A DNA stretch of 64,000 bases from the human T2T-CHM13v2.0 reference genome, Homo sapiens. The stretch lies in the NCBI RefSeq assembly GCF_009914755.1, contig NC_060947.1; one strand, given 5' to 3'. This document shows, in pieces, positions 1 to 12,900 of this stretch (within the stretch, counting starts at the first letter, position 1; each line of letters begins with the position of its first letter). Under the pieces are notes generated by a model, which made no database searches, was not told where the DNA came from, and saw nothing but the letters and a program-made list of their open reading frames with translations. A program made the translations under genes and the position numbers.

Positions 1-2395
1 CCAAGATTTGACAGGTCTCTTTTTGTGCCCTGAGAACAACTGAGAATGACCTAGGGCTCCTTGGCTTCCCACTCACCATTGACTTAGAATTTTTGATGTA
101 GACAGTACCATCTTGGCTCAGTACAAAGAAAGGGTGCAGATCTCTGGCCTGGGGAAAGAGGTATTTACAATTGACCAAAGCCCTAGGGAGTCCCCTGGAT
201 CTGTAAACCTCCCTGCCCTCTCATGGAGCCAGGGGGAAGGAAATGTTTGAGTTCCTTGTCTTACATTTAGGTGCCCTTTGTTCATCGAAGGGCCAGATAG
301 GCCAGCCTGCATGGATAGCGTATCCTTACTTTCTGCGGTAGGGAACTATGGCATTAGCCCCAGTTGGGAATTGAGCACAGAGAAGGATGACGGCTGACCG
401 CAGGGAGATTTATAGCTCTGTGGTTTTTCTCTCCCATGCGGTAGCATGTGTGACAGCAGGAAGTGTGGGGTTCTGCCAGGAGGTACAGCGACCCCTGGGA
501 CAGGAAGTCTTTTGTATCTCTAGCTTCATTTATGTGTGATACTTTTTAAGCCCACCAGCTTTGACCAAGAGGCCAGGGAAAAAGGAAAAGACACTATTTG
601 GAGTATTCTCAGCTCCCTCCCTGCTCAGAGAACATGAATCTGAGATGGCAGAGAATCCAAAGAAGCACTGACCTCCAATTATGCCTTAGAATAAAAAGCC
701 CTTCCAGGACTGAGGCAAGGGGCAGCAAGCAGAAGGAAGGCAGTCACTCCATGTCAGGTTGGGGCAGGTGAACCCTGGTTTGCTCCTGCCTTTACAGACA
801 GTATAAAGCTTTGAAAAGAGGTCTGGCCATGAGTCAAACAAGGAGACCATCTCAGGAGACAAACAACGTGGTGTGATTAAGTCCATGTTTTTAAGACAGG
901 AAAAATAACAGCATGTTTGTATGCTCGTGGGGGTGACCCAAGAGGGAGAGAAAAATTGATTCAGTAAATTCCTGTTGCAAAAACGTGGCACTGGATGGGA
1001 GTAGAGCCACTAAACATAAGAGAAGGAGCTCAAGTCTTGCTGTGGGGTTTGAAAGTGGGAAACCTGGGCTTCTGGCATCAACTGAGGCAAACAGGAACAT
1101 AAGGCCTAGTCCAGGGAAGGGGCTCAGGGGATGAGAGAATGCCATTTGTGCCTGCTGAGGAAAGCTTTCATGGGGAGGGAGCATGGGGTGCTCCAAACTT
1201 TCCAAAAGCCACTTTGGTGGGGGAAATGTAAAGAGGAACTTTGTTGCACTTCCCAAAAATGATTCTAAAAGAGGAAGTCAAACTAAGCACAGAAACAAGT
1301 TTCACATTAACCGCTCTTAGTGTTATGGAGACAATAGATTTCTTATCTTTTAATAACAATATTGGAAGAGAAGTAACACCAAGAGTTTATTTGAGTGCCT
1401 ACTCTGCACTGTGCATCCTGCTAGACAATGAAGCTAGAAAAGGGGATTAGAGCTGGTCCCTAAAAGACCTCACTCTCTAGCTGGGATAGGGAGAAGGGTA
1501 GAATTATGATATGGGTAGATTTCAACTCAGCGTAGTGAGCGGTCTAGCAGAAGAATGAACCAGGAGTGGTGGGAGTGCAATGGGAAGAGTGACATGAAGA
1601 AGTTTGGGCTTTATCCATTCATTCAACAATTACCTGTTGATAGCCCACTAATATGCTGGACACTGTGCAGATACTGGGGAAGATGAAGTGAGCAAGCCAC
1701 ATGCCCTGCCACTCACAGTCTCATGGGCAACAAGGGAGTGAGCAGATGGATAAACAGACGATTGCAATCAGTGAGATAAGTGCTACGATAAGGCAAAACC
1801 AAGATGCTATGGGAACAAACAAAAGAGACATCTCTCTCAGATCAGTTGTCTGGGGAGGCTTCCAGGAAGAAGTGGTGACTAAGCTAAGGCTAAAGTGGGG
1901 CAGGAGGAAGCAGCGTGCACAAAGGCATTAAGGTGGAAAGGCTCAAAACTTTGCGTAAGTAGTTCAGCAGGGCTGGAAGGCAGGCATGAGGGTGGAAAGG
2001 AAAAAGAACAGTCACACAGTAACTTAAATAGGACGTAGCATAGTCTTGATGCTGAATCATGCAAAATCGCCAGTGTGTCATCCCTTAGGTTTTTAAATCT
2101 CTACATAAGAGTTTTGATTATGCAAAAACAGAAATGAGGTGTTCTTGGAGCTCTTTGCTAAGTAGGTAAAACCAGAGGCCACATATAGTTCTGTTCCACC
2201 AGGCTTACAGGCTTCTGGAAAATGGAAGACATGTGACAAAGCCCCTGAAAGCAGTCAGTCTGCCAGCACTAAAGTGAAGCTTTTTACAGTGAAACAATGC
2301 CACAAGGAATGATGAGGGCCATGTCAAAAGGACTTAGGGGCTAACCTGAAGAGGCTACCACTGGCCATATATGAAAGAATTTTTGCTTTCATAAA

Positions 2396-2759
2396 TAGTC
2401 ATATGCTGCATGACATAATAGTAACAATGAACCAAATATACAATGGTGGTCCTATAAGATTTTTTTTCAATCCTCCGAGACATCTGAATCCCAAAAGATT
2501 TAATACCATATTTTTATTGTACCTTTTCTATGTTTAGATACACAAATACCTACCATTGTGTTACAATTGCCTACAGTATTCAATATAGTACCATACTGTA
2601 CAGGTTTGTAGCCCAGAAGCAACAGGCTATAACATATAGCCTAGGTGTGTAGTAAGCTAGGTTTGTGTAAGTACACCCTGTGATGTTTGCAAAGTGACTA
2701 AATCACCTAATGACACATTTCTCAGAACATATGCCCGTCATTGAATGATGCATGATTGT
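2396..2759. mobile_element. TcMar-Tigger DNA transposon relic (MER47A/Tigger3-like)
   Basis: Degenerate inverted termini AGTCATATGC..GCATGATT; typical internal sequence. Confidence 0.65.
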
Positions 2760-2840
2760 GTAATAATTATAGTAGCTTGAAATCCATCAAATACACTTAA
2801 ATCCATGAGTTCATTATGATATTAGAAAAATAATTTGTCA

Positions 2841-3080
2841 TCAGGAGATCGAGACCATCCTGGCTAACACAGTGAAACCCCGTCTCTAATAAAAATACAA
2901 AAAATTAGCCGGGCGAGGTAGTGGGCGCCTGTAGTCCCAGCTACTCGGGAGGCTGAGGCAGGAGAATGGCGTGAACCCCGGGGGGCGGAGCCTGCAGTGA
3001 GCCGAGATCGCGCCACTGCACTCCAGCCTGGGCGACAGAGCGAGACTCCGTCTCAAAAAAAAAAAAAAAAAAAAAAAGCA
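2841..3080 (+). mobile_element. 5'-truncated AluY (Ye-like)
   Basis: GGGCGAGGT and GAACCCCGGGGGGCGGAGCCTG variants; A tail; AATTTGTCATC repeated on both flanks. Confidence 0.85.
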
Positions 3081-3489
3081 AAAGAATTTGTCATCTTCAG
3101 AGGATGTAAGGGAACTACTTCATTTCCTTGAAAACTACTTAAGTAAAAGGGAAGAATCAAGCATTATCCAACCTTTCCTCTACGTGAACTGTCCCACTTG
3201 GGTAGATGAAGGGAATGTCTCTTTATGAATGTATTCTGATCAGTAATGGAAAAACAAATGACAGAATTAGAATATCCCTATTTGCTAGCCCCAGTGAATT
3301 AATAGGTATAGCCATTAAGCATCAACAGCTGCTAACTTGGGAAAAGAAACAATCAGACATTTTGTGCCTTTGATAGCCTGATATGAGGGTGCAATCAGCA
3401 GAAGCCAGCCTGTAGAAAACTCTACAGGTCAAAAGCCCAGGTTCTTCAATGGATAGGTTATAAGAAAAAGAAAAGCACAGGAAAGGAAG

Positions 3490-5035
3490 CAATCAATAAA
3501 ATGAAAAGGCAACCTATGTACTGGGAAAAAATGTTTGCAAACTACATTAAGGGGTTAATATTCAAAATTTACAAAGAACTCTTACAAGTCAATTGCGGAA
3601 AAAGAAACAAAAAATGGGTGAAGGATCTGAACAGACATTTCTCCAATGAAGACATAAAAATGTCTAGCAGGTATCTTAGTCCATTTTCTTTTGCCATAAC
3701 AGAATATCTGAGATTGGATAATTTATAACAATATTAGTTTATTTTGCTCATGGTTCTGGAGACTGGGAAGTCCAAAGGCATAGCACCAGCATCTGCTCAG
3801 CATCTGGTGAGGATCTGCTTGCTGTGTCACCCCATAGCAGAAGGCAGAAGGGCAAGCGAGTGCACGCAAGAGCAAGAGAGAGCTGAACTTACTTTTAGAA
3901 CAAACCCACTCTCTTGATAACAAACCCACTCCCTTGACACTGACATAAACCCATTCATGAGGGCTGACTTCATGACCTAACCATCTCTTAAAGGTCCCAC
4001 CTCCCAACACTGTTGCATTAGGGATTAAGTTTCCAACACATGAACTTTGGAGGACACATTCAAGTATAGCAACAGGTATATGAAAAGATGCTCGATATCA
4101 CTAATCACCAAGGAAATGCAAATGAAAACCACAATGAGATATCACTTCATATTCATCAGAATGGCAATTATCAAAAAGACAAGCGATAACAAGTGTTGGT
4201 GAGGGTGTGGAGAAAAGGAAACCCTAGTATACTGTTGGTGGGAATGTAGATTCATACAACCCTTATGGAAAACACTATGGAGGTTCCTAAGGAAGTTGAA
4301 ATTAGACCTACCACATGACCCAGCAGACCCTGACCCAGCAGACCCTCTTCTGAGTATAGACCCAAAGGAAGTGAAATCACCCTCTCATAAAGATATCTGC
4401 ACTCCCATGATCAGTGCAGCATTAATTTACAATGGCCAAGATATGGAAACAACCTAGGTGTCTGTTGACAGATAAGTGGATAAAGATATTGTGGCATGTG
4501 CATCGCATCACACTATGAAATATTATTCATCCTTAAAAAGGAAGGAGATCCTGCCATTTGCAAAAAGATAGATGGATCTAGAGGACATTATGTTAAGTGA
4601 AACAGGCCAGACACAGAAAGACAAATACTGAATGATCTGTTTTGTACGTGGGGGGAAAAGGTCAAATGTACTGTGGTATATTTATAAATATATAAAAAAA
4701 AAACTGGTTACCAGGGACAAGATGGGAGGAAATGGGAAGATGTAGGTCAAAGGATACAAAGTAGCAAATATGTAAGAGGAGCAAGTCTAGAGATCCAATG
4801 TACAGCATGAGGACTGCAGCTAAAGATCCAACCAGCATCTAATGCAATTGTATTGCCTTAGGGATTTCTGTGAAATAAGTAGATTTTTGCTGCTATTGAC
4901 ACACACAAAGTAAACATGTGAGATTGTATGTTAATTTCCTTCACTATAGTAACCATTTACTATCCATTGGTATCCTATAAGGTCATGTTGTAAACTCCAA
5001 ATTATATACAATAAAATTTACTTTTAAAAAGAAAA
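3490..5035 (+). mobile_element. L1 3' fragment interrupted by a MaLR (MST/MLT) LTR at about 3672-4071
   Basis: L1 ORF2 C-terminal remnant (KRQPxxWEKxFANY; KDLNRHFSxEDI); LTR begins TATCTTAGTCC. Confidence 0.8.
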
Positions 5036-5141
5036 GAAAAAGGGACAGAGGAGATATCTATGGATTAAATGATACTTAAAAGACACATCAAAATGTTTAA
5101 GTGTGCCTAGCAGATACTCATTTGAGTGATAAAAACATTAA

Positions 5142-5607
<466 letters not shown>

Positions 5608-6492
5608 TTGTGTTTTCTTTTATGACAAAAAAAATCTTAAAACAATTCCTCTGTACAGGGCACATTTGTGGATTCATTCAATCAATATTTACCGAGTGTC
5701 CACTATGTGCCAGACACTGTGCATGTAAAGAAAAAGGGTGCTATGTTTATCAGGGAGTTCGTAAGCTCACAGGATGAGGAAGGAAAGCAGAGGTTTATGC
5801 TCAATGTCCAGCATCAACTACCAGATGTGAGGAGAGGGAGTCAGAGTATAAATAAGAGATAAGTAGAGGGGTCTGAACCTAAGAAGTTCAGAGATGGGTC
5901 AGGAAGTAAAGAGTACAAAAGATGATGGTGAACACTTCAGAATAGAGGGTGTGGGGATGTTAGGACCTGAGGGCTGCCCTCTCTTCTTACTGAGATGTTT
6001 GCATTTTATGGAAACATAAAATTGCAGGCTTGCTGGCTTCAAGTAGCTGCACTGGACTTCACCTTCTCCCCTCAGGCCTTCTCTGCTGGGTAGGTCATGA
6101 GCAGCTTGGGAAGCCAAGATGGAAAAGGGTGAGGTCAAGAGTTCACGATAGACTGTGAAGATGAGCCTGGGTCAAGAGGATATAGAAAGCGGAATCACTA
6201 TGCAAACAAGTATCCATAACAGTAACTTAGAGAAATGGAGTACAAAAATGGGCAGGGGGAGGCACTGAATTGAAAGTCAGGAGACCTGAATTTGAATTCT
6301 GATTCTACTTTCTGTGTGACTTTGAGCACACAGTACTTGAGTAACTCAACTTCTGCAAACCTCAGTCCTGTCATCTGTAAATGTAAATAGTAAACCCTGG
6401 CCTGTCACCCTTATGGTATGATTGTAGTGAACCAATGAGAAACAATGGCAAAACATTATCAATGTAAAAGTAACTTATAAAACGACAATGTG

Positions 6493-6769
6493 GGCTGGGT
6501 GCGGTGGCTCACGCCTGTTATCCCAGCAGTTTGGGAGACCGAGACGGGTGGATCACTTGAAGTCTGGAATTCGAGACCAGCCTGACCAACATGGTGAAAC
6601 CCCGTCTCTACTAAAAATACAAAAATTAGCCAGGTGTGATGGCACGCACCTGTAATCCCAACTACTCAGGAGGCTGAGGCAGAATTGCTTGAACCCAGTA
6701 TGTGGAGGTTGCAGTTAGCCGAGATTGGGCCACTGCACTCCAGCCTGGGCAACAGAGTGAGACTTCATC

Positions 6770-6813
<44 letters not shown>

Positions 6814-6820
6814 AAATAAA
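6493..6820 (+). mobile_element. AluS with (TAAA)n tail (6770-6812)
   Basis: Alu consensus; tetranucleotide microsatellite tail. Confidence 0.9.
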
Positions 6821-7314
6821 ATGACAATGTGACTGTTGGCCCCCAGGGCTCATGGCATCACTTGCCTTGGGGAAACTGCTTCTCCCCTTCTGGAGCCCAT
6901 GTCTCCATACTATACAATGATGAGCTCTGAGGGCTTTTCCAGCTCTGACCATCGAAAGATCCACTTCCCATCAGCCTTTCCTGCCACAGCAACCAAGCTG
7001 ACTCATTACCACCGACCAGTATCATCTCTAACAACAAAACCCTGCAATATCCTGTAACCTTGTGGAAAGGTGTTTGTGCTAATTTCTAGTCTCCTCCAGG
7101 AAGGTGTGTTTAGGTCACAGGCTTGTTAGTTTTTAAAAAATTGTTAGAGAACAGTTTAATCCCATTCTTCTGAGAGTAAAAGCTACACATTGTTCTCATC
7201 TTAAAACAATCCAACTTGCTGATTACATAGTTAACAAACATCTCCAAGTTTGTTTCTTAATGGAGTGAACAAAGGTGCGAGTACCTGCAAGGCTGAAGTG
7301 GGTCCTATGCAATG

Positions 7315-7703
7315 GCAGGTGTCACCGCCCCCCCAAATTCATATGTTAAACTCCTAAGCCCCCAGTATCCCCGAATATAAACTTATATGGAAATAGTCTT
7401 TAGCAAGTTAAAGTGGGGTCATAATCAAATATGACTGGTGTCTTCATAAAAAGGGGAAATTGGAACACAGAGATGCATAGAAGGAAGACATCGTGAAAAG
7501 ACACAGAGAGAAGATGGCCATCTACAAGTCAAGGAGAGAAGCCTGGAACACATCCTTCCCTCACAGCCTTGAGAAGGAACCAAATCTGCTGACAGCTCAA
7601 TTTCAGATGTCCAGCCTCCAGAACTGTGAGACTATAATGACCTCTCTTGTCTAAGCCACCCAGTCTGTGGTACTTTGTTACAGCAGCCCTGGGAAACTAA
7701 TAC
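7315..7703. mobile_element. MLT1-type MaLR LTR
   Basis: CCCCCCAAATTCATATGTT..., ends GCAGCCCTGGGAAACTAATACA. Confidence 0.75.
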
Positions 7704-8954
7704 ACTCTGCAACCTTTATTATGCATCTGAATCACCTGGAAGGACTTCCACTTCCAGCCACATTAGTGTACTGGACACTGAACTTGCCTCCTACCCATAA
7801 AACCAATTAGAAAACTAGACCAAATAAATACATGAAATAGACATTAGATGGCAGTCAGTGCAGAGCTATGGCCTCTATAAAAAGGAAAGCAAAAGAGGTG
7901 AGTCCCTGATCACCCTGGCTTTCATCCTGTAAGCACTTTCTCAACCATGGCTATCTCACAGAGTTGAGAAAGCAGAGATCGGAATTCTGGGTGGTTGAGG
8001 TGGCTAGAATTTGCAGGACAAAGGACCACAGAGAACACAGTTATGTAGAGAAAGAGCTCTACAAATCTACATAGGTGTTTCCCCATGAGACTTTGGCTGA
8101 ATACTAACATTCATGTGTGTAGAGTGAAACCCTATGAGGTGCATCCTAAAACAACTACTGAAGACCCCCAATCTAAACAACTGCCAGAGCTCACACAGGG
8201 CTGGGAGATGTTTGAGTGCTGATCAGCCATAATGGAGAGACCTGGAACATTCAGTAGAGACTCAAAGAGAGGCCACATCTTAGAAGCAGGAGTAAGGCCA
8301 AACTAGCCCTAGAGTACAGGCTGCTCTAGACTTGCCCTAAGAAAGCTTAAAAAGAAGGCTTGGAATGATCAAGTTCATCAGCAAGGTAATGAATTGCTGG
8401 CCAAAACAAAAATTCAACACTCTAAGGAAAGACAAAAGCAGACACTCAACAATATAATATTTACAATGAAAACACCCAAGAAATTACTAAATATGCAAAG
8501 AAGCATAAAAATATGACTCATAACCAAAGGAAAAATCAGTCAATAGAAAGAAACCTAGAAATAACAGAGATGATAGAATAAGCAGACAACTTTGAAACAG
8601 CTATTATAACATTTGAGATTTAAAGGAAAATACGAACATAATGAGAGAAATGGAAGTTACAGACAAGAAAAAAATGGAACATGTGTAGGTAAAAAATACA
8701 ATATCTGAAACAAAAAAAATACACTAGATGGGCATAATAACATCTCAGACTCTGAAGAAGTGATCATCAAACCTGAAGCACAGATAGAAAAGCCTGGGAA
8801 GAGAGGAATAACCAGAATCACCCAGAGAGCTGTTAAAAATGCACATTCCTGGACCTCACCTCCAGAGATCCTAATTCACCAGGCCTGACTTGGTGCAGAG
8901 GTGCAGATCACGATGCATAAAAGTAAGCGGCCACAGATGAAAATAAAAGAGGCT

Positions 8955-9980
8955 TCATCCAGTCTCATTTCCCTTAACTACCATCTATTTGATGATGGTT
9001 TACAAAATTATGTTTCCAATCTGGATCTTTCCCATGAACTTCAGACCCATATAGCCAACCATCTAACTGACATCTCCACTTACATATCTAAGAGGTCTGT
9101 CAAACTTAACAGGGCCAAAATGCAGCTTTTATTTCATGGCCACTTAACCCTCTCCTCTCCCAGCCTCTCAGTACCTCCCAATGGTATCGCCATCCTTCCA
9201 TTCTGTAAATACAAAAACTTTGGAGTGATCTTTGCTTCCACTCTCCATATCCAAACCACTAGTGAGTTCTGTTGACTCTACTTTCAAAACATTCCAAATC
9301 AATCCACTTCTCTCCATGCACCACCCCTGCCCCACAACCACCCTAGTCCAAGTCACCATTGTCTTTCACCTGAGTAATTGAAATAGCCTCTTGTCTTCCC
9401 ACATCCACTCTCAACTCCCCCCATAAATTCATTCTTAACAAAGAAGTCAATAACATTTTAAAATCATAAATCAGATCATGTTGTTCCCTTGGTTAGCACC
9501 CTCCAAAGGCTTCCCAATAAATTAATAACAAAACCCAAACTCTTTCACATAGCCTAGAACGTCCCACATGAACTGGCTCTGCCTGTCTCTCCCACTTCAC
9601 ATCTCAGCCACTCTCTTGCTCTTCCACACTGGTCTTTTTGCTGTTCCTGAACATGTAGAATCTCCTCTCCATCTTGGGGGCTTTGCCTTACTTGTTCCTT
9701 CTCCATGGAATACTCTGTCACACAGATCCTTGCATGGCTGCCATGCAGATCTCTGCTTCCTGTTATTGACACCTGAACTTAATTGTCATCTCTCAGAGAG
9801 ACCCTCTCTGATCATCCATATTGAAGTGGCCAGCCACAGTCATTCTCTGCCTCCAGCACTAGAATGTGAGCTCCCGGACAGTAGAGACTTTGTCTGTCTT
9901 GATCACTGTTTTATCCTCTGGGCCTAGTAGTGCCTGGCACAGGATAGTTGCTCAGTAAATACTTGTTGAATGAATGAATT
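8955..9980. mobile_element. L2 (LINE-2) 3' fragment
   Basis: L2-like body ending TGTTGAATGAATGAAT. Confidence 0.7.
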
Positions 9981-12900
9981 GTACATGTGATTTCATGATA
10001 TCATAGACCTAGGTTTAAAACACTACTCTTGAGGAACAAGACTAGTATTGTAGTTTATAGCAAACCTAATCACCAGAATGTACTCATCACATATTTATGT
10101 GCTAGGAGCTGGAGATGTAACAGTGAACCAGATAGACACAGTCTCCAAGCTGGAACTTAGGCTGTCAGGCAAGGCATCATACCAGAGTTTTAACTCAAAA
10201 CCAGCAAATACTCTATCCAGATATTGCAGCATGTTGTTCAGGATTAAACTGAACAACGAACAAGGCTTAGAAGTTTGGACACGTTCCTCCTGCACTCAAT
10301 TCTACTTGCACAGTAAAATAAACCTGGCTGGGTTATAGCAAGTTTCACTTCTTTGGCTCCAGAATTCACTCCAATAAAATTGAAGTGGCCCGCCTGGATT
10401 GTATCCATTGTCAAAAGACACAGAAATGAACTGAGAAACATCCTGAAAATCTCTGAGGCTGTAAAGAGACACCTCTGATTTAAACTACTTTTCTGGTGAG
10501 AGTGATTATTGTCCCTTTGTTTCAGCAGAATTGGCCCTCTGCCCCCTCTGCGGTGGTGAAATCCCAAAGCTGTGAAATCATTTCCTTCACATGTGCACAG
10601 GAGGGGTCAGCAACCTGCCTTCAGAGCCAGGCTTTCCAACTCAGGCTGAGGGAGGAGAACCTATACCTATCTGCATTTGGAGCTCTACGTTTTGATCCTT
10701 CAATACTGCTGTCATTTCAGCAATGACACTTTTTGACTGAATCTGCCAAAAGGAATTGTGTGGGCCTCTTCCCCTCCTGACCCATGGACGTGCTTCATAC
10801 TGTCCTGGCCAAGAGCGCCTAGAGCGCCAGGATTTTGGTGCTCAGATTCTGATTGTTCTGATTGCTTACAGGTGTTGGTCTCCTTCTGCGCTGCTTTTTC
10901 AGTGGCCTTATTGACCAGGTATAGGAGATGCCTCAGATTAAAAGACAACAAGGAGAAAAAAAAATGTTGCTAAGATCCTACCTGAACCAACTGTGAAAGG
11001 CTTTCAAGTTGAATGTAAATTGATGAGACGTTGGAGATGGAACTAGCTTGGGGAGCAGTTGGAGTTACAGATAGAACACAGAAATCCTGGAAACCAAGCC
11101 ACACCCAGTAAACAGCAACTGGCTCCAACTTTCCCTGGGATCTTAGCCTGTGCTGACCTAAACTGTATGCTCTGTGAAGGCAAGGACGTTGCCCATCTTG
11201 GTCCCTAAAGTACCTCCAACATCTTTAACAGTCTTGGCATACAATACGTACTCAATGTGTTGTTGTGGACAGCATGACTGACTAAAGTATGGCTATAAAG
11301 GGGCAACACAGGGGATCTTTGTGATGGAACAGTTCAGTATTGGTTTCAGTGGTGGGTACATGACTCTACACAGGTGATGAAATCACACAGAGCTACACAT
11401 GCACACACATGCACGTGTAAGGGGTGACATCTACAGCTGCTCTTAGAGGGTATCAATGTCATTTGCTGTTGTGAGACCGAACTAGAATTATGCTAGATGG
11501 CGACACTGAGGGAACTGGGGGGAAAAGGTGCACTGGTTTCCTGGACATTTCTTTACAACTTCCTGTGAATCTAGTGATTTCAAAATAGTAAGTTTACAAA
11601 AAGACACTCAATCCAAAGGAAATTTTAAAAGTGCAGAAAAAGAAACCTAGAAAAGATAGGGCAAATAAAAAGCACAATAAGATGCTTGACTTTAATCCAA
11701 AGGCACCCATGATTACTTTAAATGTAAATGGACTCAATGCTCTTGTGAAAAGACATTTATCCAATGCCTACTGTGAACCAAGCCCGGTTGGTTGCAAGGG
11801 AAACAGCGAAGAATATGACCCAGGCCCTGCTCCTATGATGCTCGGTGCAATGAACCAAGAACTGGGCCAAATGCTGTTAATGAGTGCCACCTGGATGAGT
11901 TCGTAACTGCCAGAGGTTTGGAGTGACGGAAGATGAAGCTAGAGATGTGGCAGTAGCAGACAAGTTGCAAGGAGAATTAACAGGACTGGGTCACCAAATG
12001 CATGTGGGCCACCAGGGAGAGGAAAGGATTCAGACTGAATCACAGGGTTCTGGTTTGCAATTAGCAGATAATACTATTGTGTAACATGCTATCAGGGCCT
12101 CATGGAACAAGGGCAAATGAGCTTTCACTGATGACATTTCTTTCTCCTACAAGTTTTTATCAATTGACATTCCTAATCTCGTGCAGTGGTCAGGGCAGCT
12201 ACTACCCTAACTTTCCAGAAAAAGAAACTGGTACTCAGACAGATGAAGTGGCTTTCTCACTGAGTAACAGTGAATCTGAACCCATGGCTCCCCCATTCAG
12301 TGTTCAACAACATTGTTTCAAATTATTTGAAATTAAAGAAGAGAGAAAACAGAGCCACAGTAAGGAGAGGGTATGTGCCCGTTCAAGTTGGTTGATGACC
12401 CTTCAAGATAGCTTAGAACTTTACCAGGCAAGTTTTCAAGCTGGTTGCTCCTGCCACGCTCTGCAGTTTGCTGTGGGGGTATCTGCAGGGAAACAGTCAT
12501 GTGCTAGAGCACTTTGGGCACTGTTCTATCACATGGAACTGTCAAAGTTATTTCCTCTGATTTAGCTCTGTATTGCAAAGTTGGATATTTCTGTCCCTTC
12601 ATGTGCAAACATTCTTTGGAGTCCAGAAGACACAGAGGAAAAGAAGGAAAGAGGAATAAGAATTGCTCTTGTCTGATTTACTGACTTTTCATTTCCTTTG
12701 ACACCCTTCCTCACCCCTGTTCCTCTGACTATGGACAACTTTCCCCTACCGTGTTTTTCTTGTTCTTGTGTTGCTATTGACATATACTTAGTAGATTCTA
12801 GTTACTGTTTAGAAAACCTAACAACTCAATTACTGACTGCCACTTGCAAGGCCCCTAGGAATTTTGGATGTGGTCCCAGAACATGAAATGAAATAAAGCA

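Noticed and set aside
12077-12565. 162-aa ORF; also 136-aa at 19620 and 157-aa at 31688
   Set aside because: No recognisable domain or exon structure, non-ATG starts, partly MIR/L2-like sequence.
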